A stretch of DNA of 64,000 nucleotides from an uncultured Pseudomonadota bacterium (GTDB lineage Bacteria > Desulfobacterota > Syntrophorhabdia > Syntrophorhabdales > CAYQXL01): NCBI GenBank assembly GCA_964421445.1, contig CAYQXL010000002.1:13602-77601 (forward strand), given 5' to 3'. The position numbers and the translations under genes were made by a program. The notes beneath the pieces were generated by a model that saw nothing but the letters and a program-made list of their open reading frames with translations, was not told the origin of the DNA and searched no databases. Of this stretch, positions 1-9,944 are shown one piece after another. Every line of letters starts with the position of its first letter. Within the stretch, counting starts at the first letter, position 1.

Positions 1-4
1 GTGA

Positions 5-1321
5 CTAATCCTTTACCGCTCCGGCTTCCGGCCCCTTGCGGACCGCTTCCGCCATGAGCCAGTAGGCGAGAAATCCGATGACGCCGTATACGATGACAAA
101 TGCCGCCAGAGATATTCCCACCTGTGACGCTGCAACGGGAGAAGCAGCGTGCTCCGTTCTCATCAACCCGTACACGATCCATGGCTGTCTGCCGACCTCC
201 GTAACAGTCCATCCGAGAGCACAGGCGATGAAGGGCAGGGGGATCGACCAGAACATGACGGTAAGATAGAGTCTGCTGTCCGTAAGCCGTCTTATCCTTA
301 ACCAGCCGATGACGACGAGGAGAATAAAGAGCATCCCCAAGCCTACCATGAACCGGAAAGAGTGAAATACGACAGGAACAGGCGGTCTGTCCTCCCGGGG
401 AATATCTTTTAATCCCTTTACTGTGGCGTCAGGGGAATGGTATGCGAGAAGGCTGAGTACTCCCGGTATGGCACCGATCTCCACGCTGTTTCTGTCATTG
501 TCCGGATCGGGCCAGGCAAAGAGAAAGATGGGGGCCTGTTTCTGTGTTGTCCAGTGTGATTCGAGGGCGGCGAGTTTTGCCGGCTGTTTGTCTGCGAGAT
601 CAGCGCCGTGCATGTGACCTTCGATAACGACAAAGAATGCAAAGATCGTGGCGAAGGCAAGACCGAGACGGAAGGATCGGGTGAATATCTCTGAGTGCCG
701 TTTTCTCAAGAGATGGTAGGCGCTTACACCCATCACAAAGAACCCGGCGACGACATACGATGCGGCGAGGGTATGGAGAATTGTGAGGATTGCATAGCGC
801 TGGGTGATTATGGCGAAAAAATCTGACAGAACAGGCCTGCCGTTTGCCATGACGAAGCCGACAGGATTTTGCATCCAACTGTTCGCGATGAGGATCCATA
901 CGGCCGAGAAGCTCGATGCGACAGCAACAATCCAGATTGTAGTGAGATGGGCCCTGGGGGACAGTTTCTTCCAGCCGAAGGCCCAGGCGGCGATGAATGT
1001 TGATTCAAGGAAGAAGGCGACCGTTGCTTCTACTGCGAGGAGCGATCCGAAGATGTCGCCAACGTACTTCGAATACCTGGACCAGTTGGTCCCGAACTGG
1101 AATTCGAGTGTTATGCCTGTCACAACGCCAATGGCGAAGTTTATGAGGAAAAGTTTTCCCCAGAATTTGGTCATCCTCAGGTAATCATCGTTTCCGGTCC
1201 TGACATAGACCGTCTCCATGATGGCGATGAGGATCGAAAGGCCGAGCGTGAGGGGGACGAAAAGAAAATGAAAATATGTTGCAACGGCAAACTGGAGTCG
1301 TGACAGAAGAACCGTATCCAT
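5..1321 (-). CDS. cydA: cytochrome bd-type quinol oxidase subunit I
   Basis: 438-aa polytopic ORF. N-terminus MDTVLLSRLQFAVATYFHFLFVPLTLGL and the LEFQFGTNW motif are typical of CydA. SD GAGGTGA lies upstream of the ATG at 1321. The partner cydB would lie beyond the left edge. Confidence 0.95.
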   Translation of the reverse strand: MDTVLLSRLQFAVATYFHFLFVPLTLGLSILIAIMETVYVRTGNDDYLRMTKFWGKLFLINFAIGVVTGITLEFQFGTNWSRYSKYVGDIFGSLLAVEATVAFFLESTFIAAWAFGWKKLSPRAHLTTIWIVAVASSFSAVWILIANSWMQNPVGFVMANGRPVLSDFFAIITQRYAILTILHTLAASYVVAGFFVMGVSAYHLLRKRHSEIFTRSFRLGLAFATIFAFFVVIEGHMHGADLADKQPAKLAALESHWTTQKQAPIFLFAWPDPDNDRNSVEIGAIPGVLSLLAYHSPDATVKGLKDIPREDRPPVPVVFHSFRFMVGLGMLFILLVVIGWLRIRRLTDSRLYLTVMFWSIPLPFIACALGWTVTEVGRQPWIVYGLMRTEHAASPVAASQVGISLAAFVIVYGVIGFLAYWLMAEAVRKGPEAGAVKD

Positions 1322-1349
1322 CGTGTCTCACCTCATCAACGGCAATCGT

Positions 1350-1502
1350 TCATTTTGTCTCTGATTCCCGGAATGCTCGTTTTGGAGCACCGCAGACGGG
1401 ACATTTCCAGTCATCGGGAAGTTCAGCGAAGAGGAGCTTTCCGGGAAACTTTTTGAACTGTTTTTCGTAATTGAAACCGCAGAGACTACACCAGTGTTCC
1501 AT
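1350..1502 (-). CDS. rubredoxin (50 aa)
   Basis: Internal ATG (1502) of the 90-aa track ORF, preceded by GGAGG. The product MEHWCSLCGF...WKCPVCGAPK has the two CxxCG knuckles of rubredoxin. It lies 13 nt after the Fur-family stop and 28 nt before the cydA start. Confidence 0.85.
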   Translation of the reverse strand: MEHWCSLCGFNYEKQFKKFPGKLLFAELPDDWKCPVCGAPKRAFRESETK

Positions 1503-1515
1503 CGATACCTCCTTC

Positions 1516-1923
1516 CTATTCTCCTGTCCCCGACCTGCATGCCGGACAGAGTCCGTAAAAATCAACATTGCTCCCTGTGACCTCATAACCGTAAGCGTCC
1601 TCCTCCGGGAGTGTAACGTCAAAGGTCCGGTGGATGTCGACGATAGCTTTGCACTGAAGACAGATCAGGTGGGGGTGGAGTTCTGTTGTCGGATCGAACC
1701 GCATCTTTTCCCGGTCTATGCCCAGTTCCTGGACAACGCCCTTCTCCTGCAAAATATCAAGGGTCGAATAAACTGTGGCAAGGGACATGGTGGGGAAGCG
1801 TTCCCGGAGGGCCTGGTGAATATCCGTTGCCGACGGATGAGAGGTGTTATTGTCCAGATATTCGAGAATTGCCAGTCTCTGAGGTGTGAGGGTGATGTTG
1901 AGATCTTTGTATTCTTTTCGCAT
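1516..1923 (-). CDS. Fur-family metalloregulator (PerR-like by context)
   Basis: 135 aa. Winged-helix N-domain (LTPQRLAILEYL...ATVYSTLDIL), HPHLICLQC plus CPAC structural Zn motifs, and the size are all typical of Fur/PerR/Zur. Subtype is not decidable by eye. Confidence 0.9.
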   Translation of the reverse strand: MRKEYKDLNITLTPQRLAILEYLDNNTSHPSATDIHQALRERFPTMSLATVYSTLDILQEKGVVQELGIDREKMRFDPTTELHPHLICLQCKAIVDIHRTFDVTLPEEDAYGYEVTGSNVDFYGLCPACRSGTGE

Positions 1924-1936
1924 AAAATTTCCTTAT

Positions 1937-1951
1937 TAAGAATCATTATCA
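1937..1951. promoter_or_regulatory. Fur-type 7-1-7 box upstream of the Fur-family gene
   Basis: TAAGAATcATTATCA matches the TGATAATnATTATCA consensus at 12 of 14 positions. It sits 14-28 nt upstream of the ATG at 1923, in the AT-rich divergent region shared with ybaK. Confidence 0.5.
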
Positions 1952-2025
1952 TACAGGAATAATACCTGTCAAACGATTTTTCTCCTTTTTTCCTCTGGAC
2001 CAAAAGAGGTATACTTTTCAGGGTC

Positions 2026-2511
2026 ATGGGAAAAGACAAAAGCCATACAACAGCGGCCATACGGGTGCTGAGAGAGATGTCCGTCTCTTTCACCGACCAT
2101 CCCTACACCTACGTGGAAAAGGGTGGCACGAAGACCTTTGCCAGGGAATACGGGGTAGATGAACATCGTGTTATCAAGACCCTGATCATGGAGGACGACG
2201 AAAAGAGACCTCTCATAGTGCTCATGCACGGTGACTGTGAAGTCTCAACGAAAGAACTTGCAAGGCTCGTGGGGGTAAAGCGTATTCAGCCCTGCGATCC
2301 GGCTGTGGCCCAGAAACATTCGGGATACATGGTCGGCGGCACATCACCATTTGGAACGAGAAAGTCCATGAAGGTCTACATGGAGCGAACGATTCTCGAC
2401 CTTCCGGTCATATTCGTTAACGGAGGGAGACGGGGACTCCTTGTCTGTCTCGATCCCCGTGAGGCGGAGAGGGTATTGAAACCCATCCTTGTTACCGTGG
2501 CTCTCCGGTAA
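2026..2511 (+). CDS. ybaK: Cys-tRNA(Pro)/Cys-tRNA(Cys) deacylase, YbaK family
   Basis: 161 aa. Collinear with the YbaK pattern (HPYTY..., KTLI..., AQKHSGYMVGGTSPFG, VNGGRRGL). Confidence 0.88.
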   Translation: MGKDKSHTTAAIRVLREMSVSFTDHPYTYVEKGGTKTFAREYGVDEHRVIKTLIMEDDEKRPLIVLMHGDCEVSTKELARLVGVKRIQPCDPAVAQKHSGYMVGGTSPFGTRKSMKVYMERTILDLPVIFVNGGRRGLLVCLDPREAERVLKPILVTVALR

Positions 2512-2620
2512 CGGGGCTGCCTGTTTATTTTTTTGGTCGAGTCCTGGCCTCAGAACGGTCTGTCGACCGACCATAAGGGCCGTGGCTCACCTTATCTGTT
2601 CTTGGGGGCGGGAAGAGACT

Positions 2621-4315
2621 TCACCGCGATGACCCGACCCTCCCGCCACCGAGCCTTTTGATCAGGACCCATGCCGAGACCTCCCCTCCGTCGATGAGAA
2701 CCTTTCCTTCGTTGTTTCTTGTCCAGAAAAATTGTCCCCTGTCGGTACGGGAACCGGTCTCGCTTCGGTCTGACCGGATCTCTCCAAGGATGTCGGTGAA
2801 ATACCGGGACCACCGGGCCATATTCTGGGGCCTCAGATCGATCCACTCACGTTCTGTAAACGAATTGATCGTTTCCTCCGTAACCGTCCATGAGGTCTGT
2901 TCCCAGGCCTTGTCCGGGCTCGATCGGCGGACGAAGAGAAGGGATTGTCCGTCGCCGAGGAGAATCGGGATACCGATGGCCGTGCACTCGGCCCTGAAGG
3001 ACGGTGAATGCCGGACAACCTCTTCCGTTGTCCGGGAGATCACATCGGCAGATGCGGCACAGACAGCGTCCATGGTTCCGAAGGCCTGTTTGAGGAGGAA
3101 TGACTCGAAGATCAGTTTCGAGGCGACAGGGCCGAGATACCCGTATGAGAGGCCTGCCGGCTCCCATGAACTGAGAGCGTCGAGGGCCTGCCTGCGGAGG
3201 AACCCTGCGCGGTATGTCGGACCCATGACGGCTCCGTCGATGGCGCCGACAACGTCCTTTGAAGTATGTGTCCCTGTGATGTTTGCAACAACGTGATCGG
3301 CAATCTCTTCTGGTGTGACAAACTCCATCATTCCCGGTGATGTGAGCAACGTGAATTCATCGGCCGAGAAGACACCGTTTTCCCCGGTATCAACGTATAC
3401 CCCTTCAAGAAAAGTCTCTCCTGGAGTGGCCGGAGGCTCAAGGGCTCCATAGTCGAAGAGATCTCCGTCTGTGAGGATGTGCCTGTCCTCCATGGTGCAT
3501 TGGTAAAGGGGGATCTTTTTGCCTCTTCGGGCTATCGCCCCTTTTCCCATGTCCTTCCAGCCGATCATGGCAGCAGGTTTGATCTCCCTGATGACCGGTG
3601 CACCAGGCGTTCTGTTCAGAACGAAGAGGAGCATCGAGTGGGCACCGGCGACAGCGGTCTTTGTCATGAGAAGACGGGACGGGTTCTCTTCTCCATGGGT
3701 GAAGGGAATGTTGAATCCCATGCCTCCTGTTCCTGTCGTGCCAATTTTGAGATAGAGCCCCGTTTCTGACCGTTTCATTGCTTCGGCGAGGATCTGAATG
3801 TGCCGGATCAGCGGGGGCAGACTTACCGTTGCGAAGATCTGTGCGCAAAGATCATCCTCCATCTGCCCTTTCTGCTGTGTGCCGGCAATCTTCCCGTATG
3901 TCTGATAGATATCGAGATAGGAGATGGCCGTTGCCGTGGTCACACAGTCGACGACAATATGCGGCCGGTATCGGGTGATGAGCTGAAAGAGAAGATTTTC
4001 GTTCAGGATTGTTTCGTTCAGGTCACCGAATGTGTCGGAGACGTAGTGGGAGAGAAGGAGAGGGTCGTGAAAGATCTCGGCGACCGTTCTGTCCTTCCAT
4101 GATCCGCGGAGGAAAAGGTTGCCGTAGACAGGAATGATCTCACAGTCCCCCTGGGAGATAGATCCAAGGGTCCGGCCCGCATGGTCCGCCTCTGATTCGG
4201 TCAGGGAGGAAACGACCAGCCGGGCCGGTTCGTGGGCCAGCAGTCTCCTGCACACCGCTGCGCCCACCTCGCCGTAAGCGCCGAGTACGAGAATCGACGA
4301 GCCCCCTATCTTCAT
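2621..4315 (-). CDS. hypothetical 564-aa protein with N-terminal NAD(P)-binding Rossmann motif
   Basis: N-terminus ILVLGAYGEVGAAVCRRLL is a glycine-rich dinucleotide-binding loop. The internal GTTGTGGMGFNIPFTHGE motif matches no family I can name. SD GAGG lies upstream, and the start is only 12 nt after the carB stop. Confidence 0.6.
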   Translation of the reverse strand: MKIGGSSILVLGAYGEVGAAVCRRLLAHEPARLVVSSLTESEADHAGRTLGSISQGDCEIIPVYGNLFLRGSWKDRTVAEIFHDPLLLSHYVSDTFGDLNETILNENLLFQLITRYRPHIVVDCVTTATAISYLDIYQTYGKIAGTQQKGQMEDDLCAQIFATVSLPPLIRHIQILAEAMKRSETGLYLKIGTTGTGGMGFNIPFTHGEENPSRLLMTKTAVAGAHSMLLFVLNRTPGAPVIREIKPAAMIGWKDMGKGAIARRGKKIPLYQCTMEDRHILTDGDLFDYGALEPPATPGETFLEGVYVDTGENGVFSADEFTLLTSPGMMEFVTPEEIADHVVANITGTHTSKDVVGAIDGAVMGPTYRAGFLRRQALDALSSWEPAGLSYGYLGPVASKLIFESFLLKQAFGTMDAVCAASADVISRTTEEVVRHSPSFRAECTAIGIPILLGDGQSLLFVRRSSPDKAWEQTSWTVTEETINSFTEREWIDLRPQNMARWSRYFTDILGEIRSDRSETGSRTDRGQFFWTRNNEGKVLIDGGEVSAWVLIKRLGGGRVGSSR

Positions 4316-4327
4316 CTGTCTGCCTCG

Positions 4328-7300
4328 CTATGTAATTTCGAGGTGATATTCCTGGAGCGATTTGACCTCGATAACCCCTTCTGTTTCGAGAAAGCTCCGG
4401 ATCCCTTCCGCCGCCGCCTTTGCCGCCGCCGTTGTTGTTATGTATGGTATTTTATGTTTGATGGCGGCCTTCCGGATGTATGAGTCGTCGAACATGCTGT
4501 TCTTGCCTACGGGCGTATTGATGACGAGTTGGATCTCTTTGTTGTGAATGGCATCGACGATATGAGGCCTGCCTTCATGTACCTTCTTGATGATCGTCGA
4601 AGGAATGGCGTTTTCCGCCAGAAATCTCTGCGTCCCCTCGGTGGCGAGTATGGTGAACCGGCATCCGAGAAGAACCCTGGCTATTTCAAGAATATCGGCC
4701 CGCTCCCGTTCGGTGACGGAGAGGAGGACCGTTCCGCCCGTCGGAAGACCCTGGTTTGCCGCCTGCTGGGATTTGAAGAAGGCCAGACCGAACGAGTCGG
4801 CCATCCCGAGTACCTCTCCCGTTGATCTCATTTCAGGACCGAGTGTAGGGTCAACCTCGGGAAACATGTTGAAAGGAAAGACAGCTTCTTTGACGCCGAC
4901 GTGACTGTATTTCTTCTCGGTAAGGTTCATCTCCTTCAGTCTCTTCCCGAGCATAAGCTGGGTGGCGATGCGGGCCATCTGCACGCCTGTTACCTTCGAT
5001 ACGAGCGGTACGGTCCGTGATGCCCGGGGATTTGCTTCGAGGATGTAGACCGTGTCGTTGGCGATGGCGTACTGAATGTTCATCAGGCCCACAACCTTCA
5101 GTTCACGGGCTATCTTCTCCGTATAGGCGTTGATCGTTTCCAGGTGCTCCGGCGCGATCGTTCTCGGAGGTAGGGCGCACGCGCTGTCCCCTGAGTGAAT
5201 GCCGGCAAGCTCTATATGTTCCATGATTGACGGAATGAAGACATCTTCGCCGTCGGAAATGGCATCGGTCTCTACCTCGATTGCTTTTTCAAGGAACTTG
5301 TCGATGAGAATGGGGCGGCCGGGAGAGATGTCCACCGCCGCCTTCACATAAGCTGTGAGCATGGCGTCATCGTAGACGATTTCCATGCCCCTGCCACCGA
5401 GAACATACGACGGGCGGACCATGAGCGGATAGCCGATCCTTGTGGCAATAGCAAGCGCTTCGTCGAGAGTGATCGCCGTGCCGCTTTCGGGCTGTGGTAT
5501 GCCGAGTGTCTGGATGATATGGCTGAACCGTTTCCGGTCTTCCGCGAGATCAATACTCTCCGGAGATGTTCCGAGTATCTTAACCCCGGCCTGAGCCAGT
5601 TCGTTTGCGATATTGAGCGGTGTCTGGCCGCCGAACTGGACGATGACGCCGACAGGCTTTTCCTTTTCGTAGATACTCAGGACGTCCTCTACTGTCAGAG
5701 GTTCGAAGTAGAGCTTGTCCGACGTATCGTAGTCGGTAGAGACGGTCTCAGGATTGCAGTTCACCATGATCGATTCATATCCTTCGTCTCTCAGTGTGAA
5801 TGCGGCATGAACGCAGGTATAGTCGAATTCGATGCCCTGGCCGATACGGTTCGGTCCGCCGCCGAGGATCATGATTTTCTGCTTGTTGTCGACCGGGACC
5901 TCATCAGGGGCGTTGTATGTTGAATAGTAGTAGGCTGCATCCGCTCCGCTGACAGGAACAGGACACCATGCCTCGCGGGTGTCAAGGGTATTACGGCGGT
6001 TTCGGATCTCAGCCTCTGTAAGATCGAGGATTTTGGCGAGATATTTATCGGAAAAACCATCTTTCTTTGCTGTGATCAGGAGCTGATCGGGAAGTTGTTT
6101 GCCTTTGTATGTCAGAATCTCTTCCTCCAGTTCGACAAGCTGCTCCATCTGCTCGATAAACCACCGCTTGATCTTTGTTTTTTCAAAGAGTTGTTCAACG
6201 GTGGCACCCTTTCTCAGTGCTTCGTACATGATAAATTGTCTCTCCGATGACGGTTCGTTCAGCATTTTCAGAAGATCATCGAGGGGGAGGGCGTTGAAAT
6301 CCTTGGCAAATCCGAGGCCGTACCGCTTGGTCTCAAGAGAACGGATCGCTTTCTGGAGCGCTTCCTTGTAGGTCTTGCCGATGCTCATTGCTTCGCCGAC
6401 AGCTTTCATCTGCGTACCGAGGCTGTCTTCCGCTTCCCGGAATTTTTCAAAGGCCCACCGGGCGAACTTGACAACCACGTAGTCCCCTGACGGAACGTAC
6501 CGGTCGAGACCCCCTCCCTTATAGTACGGGATATCCTTAAGCGTGTACCCACCGGCCAGTTTTGCCGATATGAAGGCGATGGGAAACCCCGTTGCTTTTG
6601 ACGCAAGGGCCGACGACCTCGATGTTCTGGGGTTGATCTCGATAACGACTACCCGCCCTGTCTGGGGGTTGTGAGCGAACTGGACATTTGTGCCGCCGAT
6701 GACCTGAATCGCCTCGACTATGCGATACGAGTAATCCTGAAGCCGTTTCTGGAGTTCAGGGGATATGGTCAGCATGGGAGCGACGCAGAACGAGTCGCCT
6801 GTGTGAACACCCATAGGGTCGATGTTCTCGATAAAGCAGACGGTGATCATCGTATTGTCTGCATCGCGGACCACTTCCAGTTCCAGTTCTTCCCATCCGA
6901 TCACCGCCTCTTCGATGAGAATCTGACCGATGAGGCTTGCCGCAATCCCCCGGGAGGCAATGACCTTCAGTTCTTCCTGGTTATAGCAGATGCCGCCGCC
7001 TGTTCCACCCATCGTATATGCAGGCCTGACCACGACGGGGTAGGTCAGCTCGTCGGCTATCCGGAGCGCCTCGTCGACAGAGTATGCCGGGGCGCTCTGA
7101 GGCATGGGGATCCCGAGCTGTTCCATCGTTTTCTTGAATTCGATCCGGTCCTCTCCCCGCTCGATGGCATCGGCCTGAACGCCGATAATCTGAACACCGT
7201 ATTTGGAAAGAATCCCTTTCCGCGACAGTTCGGCGGCGAGGTTCAGTCCTGTCTGTCCTCCCAGGTTCGGCAAAAGTCCCTGAGGTCTCTCTTTTTCGAT

Positions 7301-7537
7301 GATCTTTTCGATTATTTCCACTGTTAGGGGCTCAATATAGGTTGCATCCGCCATTCCCGGATCTGTCATGATTGTGGCGGGATTGGAGTTGACGAGAACA
7401 ATCTTATACCCTGCAGCGCGGAGCGCCTTGCATGCCTGTGTGCCCGAGTAGTCAAACTCACAGGCCTGGCCTATGATGATGGGTCCTGAGCCGATAATAA
7501 GAACTTTGTCGATTCCTTCAATTTTTTTCCGGGTCAT
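4328..7537 (-). CDS. carB: carbamoyl-phosphate synthase large subunit
   Basis: 1069 aa. Duplicated ATP-grasp halves (IIGSGPIIIGQACEFDYSG... and ILGGGPNRIGQGIEFDY...) plus a C-terminal MGS-like domain. Unmistakable CarB. Confidence 0.98.
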   Translation of the reverse strand: MTRKKIEGIDKVLIIGSGPIIIGQACEFDYSGTQACKALRAAGYKIVLVNSNPATIMTDPGMADATYIEPLTVEIIEKIIEKERPQGLLPNLGGQTGLNLAAELSRKGILSKYGVQIIGVQADAIERGEDRIEFKKTMEQLGIPMPQSAPAYSVDEALRIADELTYPVVVRPAYTMGGTGGGICYNQEELKVIASRGIAASLIGQILIEEAVIGWEELELEVVRDADNTMITVCFIENIDPMGVHTGDSFCVAPMLTISPELQKRLQDYSYRIVEAIQVIGGTNVQFAHNPQTGRVVVIEINPRTSRSSALASKATGFPIAFISAKLAGGYTLKDIPYYKGGGLDRYVPSGDYVVVKFARWAFEKFREAEDSLGTQMKAVGEAMSIGKTYKEALQKAIRSLETKRYGLGFAKDFNALPLDDLLKMLNEPSSERQFIMYEALRKGATVEQLFEKTKIKRWFIEQMEQLVELEEEILTYKGKQLPDQLLITAKKDGFSDKYLAKILDLTEAEIRNRRNTLDTREAWCPVPVSGADAAYYYSTYNAPDEVPVDNKQKIMILGGGPNRIGQGIEFDYTCVHAAFTLRDEGYESIMVNCNPETVSTDYDTSDKLYFEPLTVEDVLSIYEKEKPVGVIVQFGGQTPLNIANELAQAGVKILGTSPESIDLAEDRKRFSHIIQTLGIPQPESGTAITLDEALAIATRIGYPLMVRPSYVLGGRGMEIVYDDAMLTAYVKAAVDISPGRPILIDKFLEKAIEVETDAISDGEDVFIPSIMEHIELAGIHSGDSACALPPRTIAPEHLETINAYTEKIARELKVVGLMNIQYAIANDTVYILEANPRASRTVPLVSKVTGVQMARIATQLMLGKRLKEMNLTEKKYSHVGVKEAVFPFNMFPEVDPTLGPEMRSTGEVLGMADSFGLAFFKSQQAANQGLPTGGTVLLSVTERERADILEIARVLLGCRFTILATEGTQRFLAENAIPSTIIKKVHEGRPHIVDAIHNKEIQLVINTPVGKNSMFDDSYIRKAAIKHKIPYITTTAAAKAAAEGIRSFLETEGVIEVKSLQEYHLEIT

Positions 7538-7690
7538 AGTGGTCTGGTCTCCTTGGTATAATTGAACAATCCTATCAAAACGGCTTTTTACGTGTCAAGA
7601 TAAGTGAGGGGCAAATTACCTTTGCAAAGCCCACCTCCAACATACTATATTCTTGGACAATTATGAATACGTTTATTACCGGGAGGAACG

Positions 7691-9361
7691 ATGAGATCTG
7701 ACAGGATGAAGAAAGGTCTTGAAAAGGCACCTCACAGGAGTCTTTTCAGCGCAATGGGATATTTGGGCGAGGAGATCGGCCGTCCCATCATAGGTATAGC
7801 CAATTCGGCGAACGAACTTATTCCCGGCCACATTCATCTCGACAGATTGTGTCAGGCGGTCAAGGACGGGATCAGAATGGCCGGAGGGACCCCCATGGAG
7901 TTTCACACAATCGGTATCTGTGACGGGATCGCCATGAACCACGAAGGCATGAAATACTCCCTCGGGTCAAGGGAACTGATCTGCGATTCTGTCGAAGTCA
8001 TGGCAAAGGCCTATCCTTTTGACGGCCTCGTTCTCATTCCGAACTGTGACAAGATCATTCCGGGAATGATGATGGCCGCCATGCGGCTCAATATACCCGC
8101 TATTCTTCTCAGCGGCGGACCGATGCTCTCCGGCAGGTTTCAGGGGAAGGCCGTTGACCTGATTTCCGTCTTTGAGGGGGTGGGCAAGGTGGCAGCAGGG
8201 ACAATGACGGAACAGGAACTGGGTGAGCTGGAGGCGTGCGCCTGTCCCGGCGCCGGATCCTGTGCGGGGATGTTTACGGCCAACTCGATGAACTGTCTCT
8301 CTGAGGCCCTCGGTATCGGTCTTCCGGGTAACGGGACCATTCCTGCTGTCCACGCTGCACGGGTGAGGCTCGCGAAAGCGGCAGGTCTGCACATTATAGA
8401 GTTGGTCAGGCAGGACATTAAACCGCGGGATGTGATGACCATGGCTGCTTTCAGAAACGCCATTGCCGTGGACATGGCCTTTGGCGGATCATCGAACACG
8501 GCACTTCACCTCCCGGCCATTGCGAATGAGGGGAAGATGAAGCTGCCCCTGGCGGTTTTTGATGAGATATCGGAGAAGGTTCCCCATATCTGCAACATGA
8601 GCCCTGCCGGGCCCCACCACCTCGAAGACCTCTACATGGCAGGTGGTGTGTACGCCATTATGAAGACCTTATCCGGTGCGGGGCTCATCGATACATCTTG
8701 TCTCACCGTCACCGGCACGGCAGTCTCCGACGTGCTGTCGGGGGCTCAGGTCTGCGATCAGGATGTCATAAGGCCGCTGGCGAACCCCTATCATGCCAAG
8801 GGCGGCCTTGCTGTCCTGTCGGGGAGTCTGGCGCCGAGCGGTTCTATTGTCAAGCGGATAGGGGCTTCGGAGAGTGTCTGGCATTTCCGGGGAACGGCCC
8901 GGGTCTTCGAGAGCGAGGAGGAGGCAGGGGCGGCGATCATGGCCGGCGACATTAAAGCAGGCGATGCGGTCATCATCAGATACGAAGGACCGAAGGGCGG
9001 ACCGGGCATGAGGGAGATGCTTACGCCTACGAGCGTTCTCGCAGGAAGGGGCCTTGACGTTTCCTGTGCGCTGATCACTGATGGACGGTTTTCAGGAGGA
9101 ACACGGGGGCTCTGTATCGGTCATGTATCGCCTGAGGCTGCCGAAGGGGGTCCCATCGCTCTCGTGAGAGACGGTGACATTGTTGAGATCGATCTGGATG
9201 AGAAGACGATCGATCTCAGGGTTGACGATGAAGAGATAACCCGGAGACGGAAAGTCTGGACAAAACGTCCGCCGAATATTACCGAAGGGTATATGGCCCG
9301 GTATGCACGGCTGGTTACGGGAGCGGCAGGAGGGGCTGTCTTTGCATCGGAAGACGAGTGA
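7691..9361 (+). CDS. ilvD: dihydroxy-acid dehydratase
   Basis: 556 aa. [18 protein letters not shown]..., CDKIIPGM and TDGRFSGGT motifs of the IlvD/Edd family. SD GGGAGGA upstream. Confidence 0.97.
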   Translation: MRSDRMKKGLEKAPHRSLFSAMGYLGEEIGRPIIGIANSANELIPGHIHLDRLCQAVKDGIRMAGGTPMEFHTIGICDGIAMNHEGMKYSLGSRELICDSVEVMAKAYPFDGLVLIPNCDKIIPGMMMAAMRLNIPAILLSGGPMLSGRFQGKAVDLISVFEGVGKVAAGTMTEQELGELEACACPGAGSCAGMFTANSMNCLSEALGIGLPGNGTIPAVHAARVRLAKAAGLHIIELVRQDIKPRDVMTMAAFRNAIAVDMAFGGSSNTALHLPAIANEGKMKLPLAVFDEISEKVPHICNMSPAGPHHLEDLYMAGGVYAIMKTLSGAGLIDTSCLTVTGTAVSDVLSGAQVCDQDVIRPLANPYHAKGGLAVLSGSLAPSGSIVKRIGASESVWHFRGTARVFESEEEAGAAIMAGDIKAGDAVIIRYEGPKGGPGMREMLTPTSVLAGRGLDVSCALITDGRFSGGTRGLCIGHVSPEAAEGGPIALVRDGDIVEIDLDEKTIDLRVDDEEITRRRKVWTKRPPNITEGYMARYARLVTGAAGGAVFASEDE

Positions 9362-9438
9362 CAGACGGTGATATGGTCATCTGGCAGATATGGCGGCACG
9401 CTCTCGGAGACTCCCCATCACGGGGGCCGGTCCGGCAA

Positions 9439-9810
9439 ATGAAGGTGCGAACTGCGGCAGGTCTTGTGCTGGTCCTTCTTTTTGTCACCGCAGGTCTCGG
9501 GGCCCGTGCCGCTGATGAGAGCGAAAAGGACAAGATCGAGTACCTCATAAGGTCTGTGGAAGAAATGGATGGTGCTGTATTTATCCGGAACGGAAGCGAG
9601 TACGACAGAAAGGCAGCGGCAGGTCATCTCAGGGTAAAGCTCAAATATGCGGGCAATAAGGTTCAGACGGCCGGCGATTTCATCCGGCTCTGTGCATCAC
9701 GGTCTTATCTCTCAGGTCAGCCATACACGATTCGTTTGGCCGACGGCAGGGTTCTTCCCGCTGAAGAGTACTTTCTTGCCCGTCTGAAGGGGTACCAGAC
9801 GGAGAGGTAA
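9439..9810 (+). CDS. secreted DUF5329-family protein
   Basis: I chose the internal ATG that gives a signal peptide (MKVRTAAGLVLVLLFVTAGLGARA). The pattern EYLIRSVEE...FIRNGSEYDRKAAAGHLRVK...ASRSYLSGQPYTIRL matches my recollection of DUF5329. The start is uncertain. Confidence 0.65.
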   Translation: MKVRTAAGLVLVLLFVTAGLGARAADESEKDKIEYLIRSVEEMDGAVFIRNGSEYDRKAAAGHLRVKLKYAGNKVQTAGDFIRLCASRSYLSGQPYTIRLADGRVLPAEEYFLARLKGYQTER

Positions 9811-9944
9811 TCCTGGCGATTCGCTGATCCGGTTCCACGGAGGATGGGTATTCCATCGTTGTCATAAGGCTGCAGGGCGCAATTCAGAGTAACAGGAAAG
9901 AAGGGAAATGTGGTATCTTTACCGGGACGGGAGAAAAGGTTTTC

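Noticed and set aside
1350-1622. Full 90-aa version of the rubredoxin ORF, which overlaps the Fur-family gene by about 100 nt.
   Set aside because: The first 40 residues are read from the opposite frame of the Fur gene's 3' end and have no SD. The internal ATG at 1502 has a GGAGG SD and yields a canonical 50-aa rubredoxin.
2512-2620. T-run (TTTATTTTTTT at ~2524-2535) and the GGTCGA...TCGACC inverted repeat as a bidirectional terminator between ybaK and the 564-aa gene.
   Set aside because: I could not find a stable GC stem immediately upstream of the T-run. The inverted repeat has a ~24-nt loop and the wrong orientation of A/T tracts for either gene.
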